Part shown: positions 21,927-22,040 of the stretch, one piece after another | Layout of the letters: each line of letters starts with the position of its first letter | Numbering within the stretch: the first letter of the stretch is position 1 | Assembly: GCA_964586355.1 (NCBI GenBank) | Contig: CAZPGO010000047.1 | Span: 1-22,040, forward strand | Origin: an uncultured archaeon | GTDB lineage: Archaea > Iainarchaeota > Iainarchaeia > Iainarchaeales > CSSED10-239 | Reading direction: 5' to 3' | DNA length: 22,040 nucleotides | Position numbers and translations under genes: made by a program | Notes under the pieces: generated by a model | Database searches by the model: none | What the model was told of the DNA's origin: nothing | The model's input: the letters and a program-made list of their open reading frames with translations, nothing else

Positions 21927-21932
21927 TTAAAT

Positions 21933-22040
21933 ATGTTTCACAAGCGTTCTGTTTCTCCCTTAATCGCCACAATTTTATTAATAGTTGTTAGTGTAATATT
22001 AGTTACTGTTGTTTTAACTTGGGGATCAGACTTTGCAAAA
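21933..22040 (+). CDS. 5' end (36 codons) of a third archaeal type IV pilin-like protein, truncated by the window end
   Basis: Translates to 'MFHKRS|VSPLIATILLIVVSVILVTVVLTWGSDFAK'. In the 75 nt encoding VSP...WG, 65 are identical to the LamG-pilin gene (hand alignment, no indel). Confidence 0.8.
   Translation, partial: MFHKRSVSPLIATILLIVVSVILVTVVLTWGSDFAK

Overview
This window is very AT-rich and gene-dense, with short spacers and several stop/start overlaps. It reads as part of a small archaeal genome, plausibly a DPANN-type lineage; that assignment is inference from gene content, not a search. Support for an archaeon: the archaea-specific GatD/GatE amidotransferase pair, a tRNA-Gln(CUG), three proteins with archaeal class III (type IV pilin-like) signal peptides, an XPD helicase with an Fe-S domain, and an Lrp/AsnC regulator.

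I call about 22 CDS. On the minus strand, 555-3896 holds nth and a PmbA/TldD pair. On the plus strand, 4021-15965 holds GtrA-like, a secreted beta-propeller protein, gatD, gatE, a membrane orphan, HIT, a coiled-coil orphan, guanine deaminase, DUF21-CBS and two pilin-scaffold proteins. On the minus strand, 16117-21463 holds a 156-aa orphan, a 69-aa Cys-rich protein, tRNA-Gln, an NT5C-like HAD nucleotidase, a tandem Lrp, XPD and an OB+HD nuclease. A third pilin-like gene starts at 21933 and is cut by the window end.

The most interesting structure is the pilin-scaffold surface-protein locus:
- The paralogues share a signal-peptide/pilin N-terminus but carry unrelated lectin-type heads (FGE-sulfatase-like, LamG-like, and one unknown).
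- A promoter plus signal-peptide module is conserved at nucleotide level at 14944-15093 and 21891-22040.
- The 1.2-kb LamG cassette is bracketed by 62/65-bp direct repeats that duplicate the 3' ends of the two flanking convergent genes, which is a recombination scar.
- The third gene is preceded by a 469-bp, locally GC-elevated, repeat-bearing spacer that is far longer than any other spacer here.

All family calls rest on motifs I recognise by eye. No database search was possible.
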